A stretch of 64,000 nucleotides of DNA. Origin: Lama guanicoe (Eukaryota). Each line of letters starts with the position of its first letter. Positions within the stretch are counted from its first letter, which is position 1. Both the position numbers and the translations under genes were made by a program. The DNA lies in the NCBI GenBank assembly GCA_013239625.1, contig MU054693.1, positions 13,104,174 through 13,168,173 on the forward strand, written 5' to 3'. Below, piece by piece: positions 13,245 to 23,978 of the stretch. The notes beneath the pieces are model-generated. The model worked only from the letters and a program-made list of their open reading frames with translations. It was not told where the DNA came from and did not search any database.

Positions 13245-13450
13245 TTGCTAATGTTTATTCAGTGCTTTATACATGGAGGACACAGCACTAAACCTTTCAC
13301 ACACACTGTCTTAATCTACTCCTCATAATCATCTTATAATTAGGGAGGTATTATTATTATCCCCATTCTATAGAAGAGAAAAATTAAGCTGGGAAAAAAG
13401 TAACGTATCCAGTATCATATAGGTGGTACATGGAAGAGCCTGCATTAAAG
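13245..13450 (-). mobile_element. MIR SINE
   Basis: 'gctaatgtttattcagtgcttt...attattatccccattctatagaagagaaaaattaagc'. Confidence 0.75.
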
Positions 13451-13519
13451 GCTGTAAGAATTAGAGAGAGGGCTTTGGGGTCATATATGCCAAGCCTCTG
13501 AATACTTCTCAGTAACAGG

Positions 13520-13885
13520 ACATTAATTGAGCTTCTGCTTCAAGTCACTCAGGGATGGGAGATCGTTACCACCAGGAACAATTTATCTTAATTTCTGACA
13601 TCTGTAACTGCTCTTCCTTGTAATGAAGCTGAACTCCGTATCTTTGCAACATTTAATCATTAGTCTTGGCCATGTTCTCTTGAGACCCACATAGTAGTTT
13701 ATGTGTGTCATGCACTAGAGAGCTGTGAAATATGTGAAGACACAGTCTTCTCTCTCTAACGTTTTATTTCCTTCAGTTACTTTTCATATGTCCTGACTCC
13801 TAGACCTCTTACCATTTTTATTATTTGCTCGGAATTTCTCTTTCAGTCGTCAAGAATTCCAAAAAATGCCAGAAGTAGACCAACA
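13520..13885 (-). mobile_element. L3/CR1 LINE 3' fragment
   Basis: CR1-like antisense motifs 'cttctgcttcaagtcactcagggatgggagatcgttacc', 'ttccttgtaatgaagctgaactc', 'aaatatgtgaagacac', 'ccttcagttacttttcatatg'. Confidence 0.6.
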
Positions 13886-13889
13886 GTCG

Positions 13890-14110
13890 TTTAGAGGGCA
13901 GAATTAGAAGCATGACTTTAAAACTGAGTCAGCTTAGGAAAAATATATGCAAGAGATCAGGTGTAAATCCTAACTTTGTATTTTGCTTAGCTAAGTCCCT
14001 TACCCCCTCTGAACCTCAGTCCTCACATGTTTAATTGATATGATATCTCACCCATTGTTTATTAGGGACAAAATAAAATAATGTACAAAGAATATCATAT
14101 TGCCTAAAAT
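13890..14110 (+). mobile_element. MIR SINE
   Basis: 'ctaagtcccttaccccctctgaacctcagtcctcacatgt'. Confidence 0.65.
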
Positions 14111-15263
14111 GGCCGTAAATATAAAGTCTAAAAACGTATATCACTGTGCTTATAGATAATAAACATTCAAATTTATGGTTTAAAATTCTTGATAAAGGAC
14201 TTCCATCTCCAGGAAGATGGAGTAGACCTAATAAGTACAACTAATTTTCTCCTAATAAGTACAACTAAAAACTGTAAACATTATACATTAGACACATGTA
14301 AGAAGACTCTGGAAGTTGAATAGAGGAAGGCAGAGAAGCCAGGAACCACAAGACTCAAGGAACAATAGGATGAGGCATTCCCTGGGTTTCCTTTTTGCTT
14401 TATATATCCAAAACTGGGAGGTGAAGAAGCTAGCAACATGGAAACACCAATGAACACAGACAAAAAAGCTTCAACAAAAGCATCTTCTCTTAATCAAAGG
14501 ACCAGGAAAGGGAAAGACTAGCAAGATGTAACAGTTTTAAGCAATAACCAATCTACAGCCAAACACTGCAGAAAAAACTCTGGTCCACCCACTCCAGCAA
14601 ACACCAAGCAAGGAGCATCTTAGATTTCCATCCTCACAATGCTGTAACGAAACAGCCCAATACCCAAGACTGAGGTGATGGCAGAAAGGCCAAATTGGAA
14701 GCAGGGCTTTTACCCCCACCAGCCAGTAAAGAGCCACCCTACTTGTGTCACTGGAGATCATGTGGGATGCCTGGCTTTTCTGCTCTAATCCAACATTCTC
14801 CTCCCCTGGAGCAGTGTTGGAAAAATCCTAGTGAGGAGTCAGGACTTTAACCATCACACACCAATCATAAAGCCACAACCACAGCAGTGTCCACAGAGAT
14901 CCTGCCTAGCAGTAATGATGAGCCTCTCATTCTTCATATCAACCAAGACCACATGAGGAAACTGGACTTTTACCTCCATCTGTCAGTAACAAGGTAGTGT
15001 TCCCCCTCCATCTGCCAGAGCAGTGTCAGAGAAAGCCAGCTCTTGAGTAATAAATACATTTCAATAAAGCCCAGAGTTTTATAACATAATCTCCCAACTT
15101 CAATTGAAAATCACTTGCCATACCAAGAACTAGGATAATCTTCAACTAAATGAAAAATGATATAATCAATAGTTGCCAAAATTGAGATGGGAGAGGTGTT
15201 CACTTTAACTGCCAAAGATTTTAAAGTAGTTCTAAAAAAATACTTTAACAGGCAATTACAGTC

Positions 15264-15476
15264 TTGAAGCCAACGATAAGAGGAAACAACAGCAAACAAC
15301 TAGAAAGCTTCAGCAACGAAATAGAAAGTCCTTGCAAAGAAATAGAAGATATAAAGAAGAACATTCTAATTTTAGAACTGAAAAGTGGAATAACCAAAAT
15401 GAAAAACTCAGTAGATAGGATTAACAGCAGGATGGAGGAAACAGAGGAAAGAATCAATGAAAGGAAGACAGAATAA
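15264..15476 (+). pseudogene. Decayed L1 ORF1p coiled-coil fragment
   Basis: 'EIEDIKKNILILELKSGITKMKNSVDRINSRMEETEERINE' matches the L1 ORF1p heptad region; the reading frame is broken on both sides. Confidence 0.85.
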
Positions 15477-15695
15477 CAGAAATGATCCTGTCTAAACAAC
15501 AATCTGAAATATGTGAACAGACCCTCAAAGACTAGTGGAACTAGAACAAAAGAGTAAACATGTGTATCACCTGAGTCCTGGACGGAGAAGTGAAATAGGG
15601 CAGTGGTAAAAAAAAGTACTCAAAGGAAATCCAATTGAAAATTTCAAGACCTTGGCATGAATCATAAATCTATAGATTCAAGAATCTAAGCAAAA

Positions 15696-15871
15696 GGGGA
15701 GGGAATAGCTCAAGTGTTAGAGCTCACGCTCACCATGCAGGAGGTCCTGGGTTCAATCTCTAGTACCTCCTCTAAAAACGAATAAATGAATAAACCTAAT
15801 TACCTCCCCCCTCAAAAAAAACAATTAAAAAAAGTATATAAAAGAAAGAAAATGTATCTTAAAAAAAAATA
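15696..15871 (+). mobile_element. Vic-1-like camelid tRNA-derived SINE with 15-bp TSD
   Basis: GGGGAGGG start; A box 'tagctcaagtgt' (15706-15717); B box 'ggttcaatctc' (15750-15760); 'taaacctaattacctccccc' body; A-rich tail. TSD aagaatctaagcaaa (15680-15694) / aagaatctatgcaaa (15872-15886). Confidence 0.92.
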
Positions 15872-16019
15872 AAGAATCTATGCAAACCACAAACAGGATA
15901 AACCCAAAGAAATCCATATCAACATACATCATAATTAAACTTTTGAAAACTAAAGACAAAAAAAAAATCTAGAAAGCAACCAAAGAAGAATGACACCTCA
16001 CCTATAGGGAAAATAGAAT

Positions 16020-16238
16020 TTGAATGGCAGTGCATTTTTTTTATCAGACACTCAACAGGCCAGAAGGAAGTGGTACAGTATATTCGAAGTATTGAAAGAA
16101 AAGAATTGTCAGCCCAGAATCCTATATGTACTGAAAATATCCTTCAGGAATAAAGGGAAAATCAAAAAATTCTCAGATAAAGGGAAACTAAAAAAGAAAA
16201 AATTTGTCACTGGCAGACTTACCCCAAAAGAATGGTGA
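16020..16238 (+). pseudogene. Decayed L1 ORF1p C-terminal domain fragment
   Basis: 'QARRKWYSIFEVLKEKNCQPRILY..KISFRNKGKIKKFSDK' contains the conserved ARR.W and QPRI.Y motifs. Confidence 0.9.
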
Positions 16239-17227
16239 AAGGAAGTTCTCCAAATAGAAAGAAACCAATAAAACCTGAAACATTAGGAAGGAAGAAAAAT
16301 ACAGTAAGAAAAAATATGAGTAAATATGTTTTCTCCCATTGAGTTTTCTAAATTAAGTTTGACAGTTAAATTTCACAATTTTAACACTGTCTTGTGTTTC
16401 TAAACATACATAGAAAAAAATATTCAAAACAATTTTAAACAGGGGAGGATAAAGTTAATTAAAGGAAGATAAACTTTCTATACTTCTAAAATGATTGACA
16501 TCAGCAGAGTGTGATAACTTACATATATGTAACATAATACCTAGAGAAACCACAAAGAAATATACTCAAATATACTACAGATATATCAAATTGCAATACT
16601 AAGAAATGCTCAGTAATTCACAGGAGAACAAGAAAAATAAAACAGAGAAGTGAAAAACAGTACAAACAGAAAACAAAAAGTAAAATAGCAGGTTTAAGCC
16701 CTAAAATATCAAAAATTATAATAAATGTGAATAGCTACATCAATTAAAAGATAGAGATTGACAGAGAAACTTAAAAAATATGATCCAGTTATTTTCGTCC
16801 ATAAGAAACTTACCTAAATGTGATATACAAAGTTTGAAAGTAAAAGGATGAAAAAGGTATATTATGTAAACATTAATCAAAGGAATGCAGGAGTGGCTAC
16901 ATTAGTGTAAGATAAAGCAGACTTCAGGGTGAGGAAAATCTTAAGAGACAAAGAAGGATCCTATATAACAAACAAACCAAAAAAGAGTCAATTCATCAAG
17001 ACGTGATAGAAATCCAAAATGTGTACTCACCAAGCAACTGAGCTGCCAAATGTGTGAGGCAGAAACTGATGGCACTAAAAGGAAAAATGGACAAATCCTC
17101 AAGTATGTTTGAGGAGTTCAACACTCCTTTCTCAACAATTGGTAACTAGACAGAAAATCAGGCAGACATAGAAGAATTTACAACCCCATCAAGCAATAGT
17201 ATCTGAACAACATTTAAAGATCATACT

Positions 17228-17380
17228 AATGCACTGAATATAGAAACTATACTCAATGGTTTGTAGTAACCTGTAACGAAAAAGAATATATGTAACTGAA
17301 TCACTATGCTGTACACCAGAAACTAATACGACATTGTGGATCAACTATACATCAATTAAAATTTTTTTTTAATTTTAAAT
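17228..17380 (+). mobile_element. Short cetartiodactyl-type L1 3' tail nested in the old L1
   Basis: 'aactatactcaat...gtaactgaatcactatgctgtacaccagaaactaatacgacattgt...aactatacatcaattaaa'. Flanked by an imperfect duplication taaagatcatact / taaagattact; host ORF2 resumes at 'ccaaccaacaatagcagaatacacattc'. Confidence 0.8.
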
Positions 17381-17699
17381 AAAGATTACTCCAACCAACA
17401 ATAGCAGAATACACATTCTTTTCAAGTGCCCATGGGACATATATCAAGATAAACCATCTCTTGGGACCAAAAATACTCCAACAAATTTAAAATACTTGAA
17501 ATTACCCTATGTTCTCTGACCACAGTGGAGTCAAACTAGAAATCAAAGACAGAAAGATAAGAGGAAAACCTCTGAACCCCTTAAAAATGAACAGTGCACA
17601 TTTGAATAGTCCAGAGGCCATATAGGAATTCAAGGGTCTTTTTAAGAATACATCGAACTAAATTGGAAATAAAGATACAATATGTAAAACTGTGTGGGA

Positions 17700-17850
17700 C
17701 AATGTCATTCTAAGTGAATTAAGCCAGAAAGAGAAAGAAAAATACCATATGAGATCGCTCATATGTGGAATCTAAAAAAACAAAAACAAAAACAAATACA
17801 AAACAGACTCATAGACATAGAATATAAACTTGCCGTTGCCAAGGTGGGGA
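17700..17850 (+). mobile_element. Internal fragment of young camelid L1 (ORF2 end and start of 3'UTR), no poly(A) tail or TSD
   Basis: Near-identical to the reverse complement of about 1183-1332: 'aatgtcattctaagtgaattaagccagaaagagaaagaaaaataccatatgagatc'. Confidence 0.9.
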
Positions 17851-20800
17851 ATTAAAACTTACATTCACACAAAAACCTGTATACTAATGTTTATAGCCGC
17901 TTAATTCATAAGTGTCTAAAACTGGAAACTACCCAGATGTCCTTCAATAGATGAATGGTTAGACAACTAGTGAGTGGTACATCCATATCACAGAATACTT
18001 CTCAGCAATAAGAAGAAACGATCTGTTGATGCACGCAATGATCTAACTATGGTTGAATTATGTCAGGTGAAAAAACTCAGTCTCAAAAAGTTATATAATG
18101 TATTATTCCATCTTACAACTTTCTGAAATGATAAAATTTTTAGAAATCGAGAACAGATTAGCAGTTGCCAGGGAGGAAGGAGGGAGCAGTGCACCTGTTT
18201 CTTTAATGTCAATATCTTGGTTGTGATTTTGTTCTATAGATTTACAAGACATTATCTTTGGGGGAAACTGGGTAAAGGGTACATGGTGTCTTTATTATTT
18301 CCTACAGTTTTGTGTTAAAACTACAATTAGCCCAAAATTTAAAAAATAATTAAAATGCATTGATAAAAATAACATGTATCATAATTCTTTATAATGTATA
18401 ATCTGTCTGTGACATATGTTCTATATTAACTTGAACAGGTGTTTCCCACCAAACTGTCTAGTATTTGCAGCTCTCATAGAGGAGAAAGAATTTGTCCTCA
18501 TGTGAATTACAAAAATGCTGGCTTAACTACATTTTTCTTTTTCAACAGTTCTCAGAACCTTGATTATATTTCTCCGTCTTGTGGTTTTTCAAGTGATTGG
18601 TAGAATAAACAGCATTCTTCCTAATGTCTTAATCACTAAGACTTAACTCCTCCTCTTCTCTCCAAAACATATGCTCAACACATCAGAAAAACATTTTTGA
18701 GAGTGGTATTCCCTGGAATTTACTTAAGAAAATGCCAGTGTTTACAGATACGCTATTTGTTACTCCAGCTTCACAGTGGATGTAAGGAAATTCCAAGCAA
18801 AGGCGGTAACTTATCAGAAGGCACGAAAGCATAACATAGTATAGATTTCTGGAGTTAAGACTAAGAGCATGAGAACGTGCAGAGGGCTTGGAGGGGGTAC
18901 ATCAGGAGGGGTGTCAAGTGGCCAGATCATGAAGGGACTTGAGAGCCAAGCCAGGGAGTTTACACTTTGGTCAGGAAGTTTCACTTCCACTGAGTCTGCA
19001 TTTAAACCCCTCAGCCCATCCTTCTATTCTAGAAATGAGGACACTGAGACAGAATTCTCAGAATGACCTGTTTACTTAGAGCTGTCTAGATTTGACTTTA
19101 CGAATTCTAAAAATGTGAGTGAGACTTGCATCAACCTTTGACTTCAGTGATTACAGAGTACATATAGATAACACTTAAGTTCGAAACATGTCTGCATTAT
19201 CTTCTCAGTATCCTGTATGGACCACTAGCTGTGCAGTCATCCTTCCTCAAATCTCCTTATTTTGCAGGAGGGGCAAACAGCTCCAGGGTAACAGAAACAA
19301 GATAAAATCCGATCTTCTCTCTCCAGCAAAGATCTCTTTGTATTCATTCTGCATCCTCTCTTTTGAAGTGGTCTGTTAGCCTGTACTCAAACCTAACCCT
19401 TAGAGGGGTATAGCCTTGCACCTGAACTTCTGGGAGAGGGGGCAGCCCTGGGATTAATCAAAATCCTGCACACTGATTAAAAGCGTCCCTAGCCCTTCAG
19501 GTCCCATTACGAAAGCTTTTCATCATGTAACCTCAGTTAGAAAATTTTGGTAAACAGCTTCCATTTCCAGCCTGTATTTTGAGAACAAAAGAGCAGATCT
19601 GTCAGGAGGAAGGAAGGATGGGGGCTGGCAGTAGGGACCGTTTTTCTGTGGCTTCGGTATAAAATAATCTGGTTTGAATTGTTGTAAAGTACAAAATAAA
19701 CGGCATTCAGCCGTGGATCTTAACTCAACGATCAGTTTGAAAAAATATTGTTTTCCCTTACAACTCAATGGAGCATCGTGTTGGGCAGCTGGGCTCCATT
19801 AACGGAGTCCCCACAAGGGAAATGTCAGGTCAGGCATTATTTACAATCCCAAATTCATTTTTTTAGCTAAGGCCTCTTGTGGCTCTGTCCACATTTCAGA
19901 TGAGAGGCCTTCAGACTAAAGTCATTTACACTCTGTCCTATCACATCCTAAGCTTGCAGATGGTAACATCTATAATAGCAGAGTCTAGGGTAAGTCTTCT
20001 CAACCAAAAGTGTACTTAGAGTACTGGAGATTTCCCTTACCCTATTCCCGGGCAAGGAACAATGGGTATGGGCTAATATTAACTTATCCAGTATCATTAC
20101 AAATGTGCAGAAAGCAAATAGAAGTGGTTGCAGGCTGGTTCCTGCCCTATGAATGGCACCAGATGATTTCAAGCCGGTCAGAAAGGAAACATACACATTA
20201 TATGCCATGTCTGCACGCAAGACCATCAAACACACTAAGTCTGAAAGTTTCCATTGCTCTTTTTTTATGCGGATTTGACCTCTTTCAACCATAAGACGGA
20301 TCTGTTTCTACAAGAAGATAAGTCTCACACATAAGGCTGTGTCTAATGGGAATGTCCAAATCAGGTTTTCTGGAATGCCACTTTTTTTTCCCCTAAGCTC
20401 TCCTTAATTCGACGTAGTCCAGAAGGAGTAGAGAAAACATGACTGTGTAATTAGAAACACCTAATTTCAAGCCCTTTCCTGCAACAATGGGTAGCTGGGT
20501 AGATAACCATTATCTCTAGGCAGGTTAAACTTTAACTTTTTAAAGCTTTTTTTCTTGGTCATAAAACGAAGCTAAGGATGTTGATTTTGGTCCACTGTTG
20601 TGATAATTGTGGGACTGTATTTGTAAAACTTCTGGCTTTATAGACGATGCTTTCCTTCCATCCAAATAACCTTGATGAAAACTCTCTCAAAGCCTCTTTG
20701 TCTGTAATCCTTATATTACCACTGTTTATATACATGATTTGGGCAGTACACCGTGAGCTTCTTGAAGACAGATGGTTCCTTGGTAAATGATGCGGTAGAT

Positions 20801-21299
20801 ATTAAAGTATGTTGTTCCCAGCTTTAAACACAGTGAATATCACATAGTAGAAATTCAACCAAGGGAGTAAGTAGTTGAAATAATTAATTGGGGCCATTCC
20901 ATCCCCTCTAGTATGTGCCTTGGGTTCTGAGACTCCTGAAGGTTCAGACAATTAATTCATCTATGTACCCTCGTTCCTAGCACAACAATCTGCATATTAT
21001 TAGTCGTCAATACACGTGTTGCTTTGAGTAAAACACACTTGGTATTTCTTGGTTCTCTTCCACTGCCTAATTCTGTGCTGTGCCTATAGGAAGTGCTCAA
21101 TAGAGCTCAGTAAATCATTTTACTGAAAGAACTCATGGAAGCTCCCTGGGAAGCCACAAAGCTCATCACCCAAGGAGTGTGCCATTCGAGAGGTACACAG
21201 ACACATCACAGTAATTTCGCCAATCTTTGAACATACCCAATTTGGGTTGCTATAATTTTACAGGTTGGAAGACAGACAGGCCAAAATACACACTTAGAG

Positions 21300-21740
21300 T
21301 CACAAGTCAAAGCTTCTTTACATGTTGCCACACTCCACGTGATTGTCCTCCCCATGGCCTCACCTCCCCCACATCTCACTTGACCTGCCCTGCACTCCGG
21401 CCATACTGTTCTGTCCTGCATCCACAAACCTGTAGGAGCAATTTCCGTTGCCTGCAGTGTCCTCATGCTCTGTCTGCTGGGCCGTCCTGTTCCTCCTGCA
21501 AAGCATGACGCGATTGCACGTCTTCTGTGAGACAGTCCCCAGATTCCTAAGCAAATTTAGACAGGCTCCTCTTTCCGTTCATCATGACCCTCACATCACA
21601 CTTCATAGCACTTGTCCTGCAGCTTCATAACCTGCTCTTTAGTAAAATCATGAGCTACTTGAGAACTGGAATTTCAGGACACTGCAATGCCTGGCACATA
21701 GAAGATGCTTGGTAAGAATTTTCCAAATTCAGTGAAAAAG
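21300..21740 (+). mobile_element. L2 LINE 3' fragment
   Basis: 'ctacttgagaactgg...aatgcctggcacatagaagatgcttggtaagaattttcc'. Confidence 0.6.
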
Positions 21741-23567
21741 CATCAGTGAGTAGCCTGGAAAAGGAGGAAAGAGAAGTTAGCTGAATAAGATAAATTAGCT
21801 CAACGAGGGGAAAAAAATGTGTAAATAACAGACATATTTTAAAACAAATTAATTTTCTAAATGCCTTAATTCCATACATTGTTTCCTTACTGATTTGAAA
21901 AAATGATATAAATATATACTGTTTGCCAATAGATAAATTCCTTGATTTAAGTGGAAAAAAATCTGATACTTTACTTACTAGCAAATTTCATATTTTGAAA
22001 TCTAAAATTCATTTTCCAGAAAAGCTTCCTAGCCTGCTTGGGAATATTTTAACTATGGCAAGGGGGAAACTAGAAAGCTGAAAAAAATATATATATGAAA
22101 AAGTGTTCATCAGATCAAAAAAAAAAAATCCTTAGGTCTGCAGTTTACTTACTTCCATACGTGTTTCAAGAAAAGTTCAAAACCACCCAAAGAGAATTCA
22201 AATCTCCGATTAGTCCACATTTTCTGGTTGTTCAAGCATATTGTAATTTCCAAGTTCCTAGTCCTAGTATTTTGCCAGTGAGCTGAGGATAACACATACA
22301 CACACATACTCTTTCATGAGTCATCTTCAGCTCAGAGCACAGTAGCTCTGGGGATAACACTTTTTTCCTGTCTTTGACATTTCAGTTCTCAACTTGAGAA
22401 ATCTGTCTGCAGTTGGATTAAGTTTAAATATGATGTCAGGTTTTCCACGACTTCACGAGAAAAACACGTCTCTCCAGAGTTTAAATAAGTCTAATTGTGC
22501 TTACTCTTGTGTTAATTCGGGGAATTCCTGGATTCTTCTGCGGAGGAGGGTAACAGTAGCATCCCGCTGTGATGATAACAGGAGAGGAGCACTGGGGATG
22601 GGCGCCAGCCAGCAGCAGCGCTTCTTCACAAGCGAATTAACATGCATAAGGGTGGGAAGAGCTGAATAGGAGACTTTAGAGACGTGATAGACAGCATCTT
22701 TGGTGAGAAAATGAAGGGACGGTCATTTTAGTGGGCACTGTGTCCTTTGCACCTACAATACTGCATATAGTAATTGTTCAAATAATACCTGTTGAAAAAT
22801 GTATGTGTATACTGCTTCCCCAGTTAGAGATTAGTATATGTGAATGGCAGAAACTTCAAGAAAAGGAAATTTTTTGCACAGCGATGGAAGCTGCAATTTC
22901 GTTTTCCACCAAAAAATGCTTTTGAGTAGTACAAAGATGAAACAACCCTAGAATTGCTGAAGAGGATTTAGTCCAAAGGTCATTGCCCTCCCTACTCTCC
23001 CCTCTTCTGCTTATAAACATCACCATCCCCACACCAGCCACACTAAACAGTTCTGTGACCTTAGGCAAATTCCTTAAAATCACTGCATCTTAGTTCTTTT
23101 TGTGGTATGTGGGAAGAAAGGGCTCTTTCTGTCTCTGTGTTATGTATTTCTCCCCATTCTCTCTCCAATTGTGAGGATTTTATTAAGGTAATGACATATC
23201 AATGTTACACTATGAGAGATTATTAATATAGTAGTAAAGAGCTTCATTTCTATTGCTGGTGAGCCAATCTAAAGAGGTAAGGATCCAGGCTAAACGTGAC
23301 TGGGAAGTCTGAAAACAGATGGTAGTGATAAGATGTTTTAAGACCCTGGGGGGAAAAGAAAGGAGAGGAAAAAGAGGGAAGACAAAGAAAGTAAGATTTA
23401 TGAATATCTAACTCAGATGATCTATGGAAAATAGTAAATAACTATGAGGCCTGCACTTGCTTGTGAATGGTCACAAATAAGACTGGATTTCTTTCATATT
23501 GAGCAATCCAGACATTTAAGGTATAAGGGTAGAGTTATTCAAAATGGAGAAAAGAGGACATGCTCAC

Positions 23568-23978
23568 CGTAGTAGAAATTACTAACACTTTCCAGATCTG
23601 ATTTTCTTCTCCTTCCTGGGAATATGGGAAGACTTCTCAGATTCCCTGGCAGTTAGCTGAGGTCATATGACTAATTTTGGCCAATGGGCTGTGACAAGTG
23701 TCACTTCTAAAGGGAGACTTTTAGAAGCAAGGGCGAGTTCTCTATACTTTCTCTTCCCCTGCAGCAGCCATCAAGAAAACCATATGTTGATGTCAGAGCC
23801 ACAAAGTAGAAAGCACCCTGGCTCCTCGCATTGCCACATAAAAAAGCTGTCTAGAAGAGTGGTCTATCTCCCCATCAGACTTGGTATGAGTAAGAAACAA
23901 ACTTCTGTGTGTAAAGCCATTGAGAGTTATGGGTATATTTGTCACTGCATCACAGCCTCGCCTATCCTAACTGGTTCA
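23568..23978 (+). mobile_element. MaLR solo LTR, MLT1J-like
   Basis: 'gcagttagctgaggtcatatgactaattttggccaatggg...tgtcacttct', 'tgagtaagaaacaaacttctgtgtgtaaagccattgaga', and end 'cctatcctaactggttca'. Confidence 0.8.

Larger units (their letters stand above)
14197..18350 (+). mobile_element. Ancient eutherian LINE-1 (L1MD-like) retaining 5'UTR, ORF1, ORF2 endonuclease region and 3'UTR; central ORF2 deleted; three nested younger insertions
   Basis: 5' end 'ggacttccatctccaggaagatggagtagac'. ORF1 remnants are present. The EN start is near 16705 ('ataaatgtgaatag', cf. LNVNGL). The 3'UTR is L1MD-type ('gggggaaactgggtaaagggtacatgg'). Degenerate TSD taaaattc-ttgataaa (14181-14196) / taaaatgcattgataaa (18351-18367). 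Confidence 0.9.

Noticed and set aside
13036-13251. Poly-Leu 'transmembrane' ORF
   Set aside because: It is the translation of a (CCT/CTT)n microsatellite.
15696-15780. Possible tRNA gene
   Set aside because: A and B boxes are present, but it continues into a SINE body and A-tail and is flanked by a TSD, so it is a SINE.
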